Of a stretch of DNA of 64,000 nucleotides, positions 62,637 through 64,000 are shown piece by piece. The position numbers and the translations under genes were made by a program. Each line of letters begins with the position of its first letter. The first letter of the stretch is position 1. The notes below the pieces were generated by a model that was not told the DNA's origin, made no database searches, and was given only the letters and a program-made list of their open reading frames with translations. Source of the DNA: a virus (Duplodnaviria; Caudoviricetes); the IMG/VR virus record IMGVR_UViG_3300011152_000015, positions 1 to 64,000 of that record. The stretch is one strand, 5' to 3'.

Positions 62637-63883
62637 GTCTTAATGTACGCCTTTAAGCCAGCGACCCCGCTGTTGATTTTAGGAGTGCGGAAGACGATGT
62701 CGCTCGGAAAATTCATGGCGTTGTTTTGTATTGCGCCTGATTGCCCGTTTACTGACCCTGCTGTTCCAGCGCCGCCGCATATCACTAGCTCACCAGCAGT
62801 GTGGTCGTAGTCAACACCGCGATAGCTCGACATCTCTGGAACATTTTCCCATGTAGCTCCGCCATCAAAACTCATAGCAGGACGACTGCCGTTTAAAACA
62901 ACAAAGCTTGAACCGTGCGCAACCCCAGTGTAAAAGCCGGAGGGAAAAACTATGCTAACAAACGTGTCGTCCTCAGCGTTTAATCTGTACTCAAGATTCC
63001 CACTACCGAAAAACAAATAGTTAGATTTTCCGCCAACCAATCGCACAAGCGCACCCTCTACAACAAGCTCAGAAACTACAGAGTTGGCACTAAGCGTCAG
63101 TTTGTGCAGTCCCCGGACTCCGTCAATCGTCCCCACAAAATAGGTATTTCCGTTTTCGGCCTGCACAGCCCAAGCAGCCGTATTTCCCTGCGCGTCCAAT
63201 GCTCCGATCGAGACGCCCTGATTTACTGACGTTGTGTCGTACTTAATCAATAAAACCCCTGTCGATGTTTTAACAAATACAACATCGACGACTGGACTGA
63301 TCGAGATCGCACCCAAAACATCAACCAGACCGCTTGCAGTCCAAATGGCAGTTGCTAATCCCTGATGATCGACAAAATATACCGACTCCGACCCTGTGGA
63401 CTTGCGCTCTTTAAAGTAAATGCCGCGTTCGGTTTTAAATACAGATGTGTTGATAGTGCTGTAATAGCTGATTGAGGAGCTCAGCACGTTGTCGACGTAA
63501 ATACGCATGTAGCCAGATTCACTTGCGACTTTAACCCGCCCCAACTGCTTAATGTTGTAGGTAAGAGTCGAGCCGAACCGAGTCCCGCTATTGGCGTTTA
63601 TGGAGATCGGAGTGGTACCAAAAGCCCCGATATTAAGCTTGCCTGCCAACACAGGGAAATCAGCCGTGGGCCTTAGCTTTCCATCACACTCCAAAGCATC
63701 CGGGTACGACCAGTTTGGCCGCAAAACGATATCCCCAACTTGCAGGCCCTCGCCAGTCGTGATCAGGCCAGCGAACTCACTCAGGGTCAGTGCCTGTGAG
63801 CTTCCTGGCTTGTGCACGTGCATCCGCATCGAGGGGTCACCGCCCCAGCTGGGCAGATCAGAAATTGTCTTCTTGGAACTCAT
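62633..63883 (-). CDS. Tail fibre protein with collar-like domain
   Basis: VGDIV..LECDG..DFPVL N-terminal motif, beta-rich body, FRTP..KAYIK end. Confidence 0.8.
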   Translation of the reverse strand: MSSKKTISDLPSWGGDPSMRMHVHKPGSSQALTLSEFAGLITTGEGLQVGDIVLRPNWSYPDALECDGKLRPTADFPVLAGKLNIGAFGTTPISINANSGTRFGSTLTYNIKQLGRVKVASESGYMRIYVDNVLSSSISYYSTINTSVFKTERGIYFKERKSTGSESVYFVDHQGLATAIWTASGLVDVLGAISISPVVDVVFVKTSTGVLLIKYDTTSVNQGVSIGALDAQGNTAAWAVQAENGNTYFVGTIDGVRGLHKLTLSANSVVSELVVEGALVRLVGGKSNYLFFGSGNLEYRLNAEDDTFVSIVFPSGFYTGVAHGSSFVVLNGSRPAMSFDGGATWENVPEMSSYRGVDYDHTAGELVICGGAGTAGSVNGQSGAIQNNAMNFPSDIVFRTPKINSGVAGLKAYIKT

Positions 63884-64000
63884 AACTCAGTAACTCAAGT
63901 TCGTCAGTATGCTCGCCAGTGAACGACCCTGGAGTCATTTCAAACAGGACGGCATCGACAGGAATTGATTCAAATAGGTGTGCTTGCTTCGGCGCCAAGC
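63858..64000 (-). CDS. 3' end of an upstream gene (truncated by the window)
   Basis: Open frame LAPKQAHLFESIPVDAVLFEMTPGSFTGEHTDELELLSYEFQEDNF*. Confidence 0.5.
   Translation of the reverse strand, partial: LAPKQAHLFESIPVDAVLFEMTPGSFTGEHTDELELLSYEFQEDNF

Larger units (their letters stand above)
44030..64000. mobile_element. Second, lower-GC element at dusA carrying a relaxosome and phage virion/lysis genes (continues right)
   Basis: Composition shift at the dusA junction; mobC-relaxase; tail, neck and lysis genes. Confidence 0.85.

Overview
The window holds two tandem mobile elements, probably from a Pseudomonas/Stutzerimonas-type host (inferred from gene content and motifs). (A) Bases 1 to ~44,030 are a high-GC, apparently complete lambdoid cos-type siphoprophage whose left end lies outside the window. 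In order it carries an SOS cassette (umuD, start of umuC, SRAP), an RsmN/RsmF-like CsrA homologue, endolysin and spanins, tail, head, terminase, a lambda-like cos, holins, a late regulator, a repeat-rich origin, a primase-helicase, cII/cro/cI, an early operon and a tyrosine integrase. The integrase is divergent from a 5' fragment of dusA. (B) Bases ~44,030 to 64,000 are a visibly more AT-rich element that interrupts that dusA fragment. It carries a repeat region, mobC plus relaxase, and a rearranged Mu/D3112-like virion and lysis module, and continues past the right edge. The most interesting signals are non-coding. (1) A structured ~170-nt candidate sRNA in the cro-cII interval has two loops complementary to two motifs (GGACACAGCAC, CTCACCA) that recur at the start regions of early genes. 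(2) An RsmX/Y-like GGA-hairpin sRNA with a GacA-box-like site lies just downstream of cI, on the same phage as the RsmN-like protein. (3) Element B joins a relaxosome to phage virion genes whose leaders share AAnAAnAA motifs. All calls are by eye; no searches or folding programs were run.
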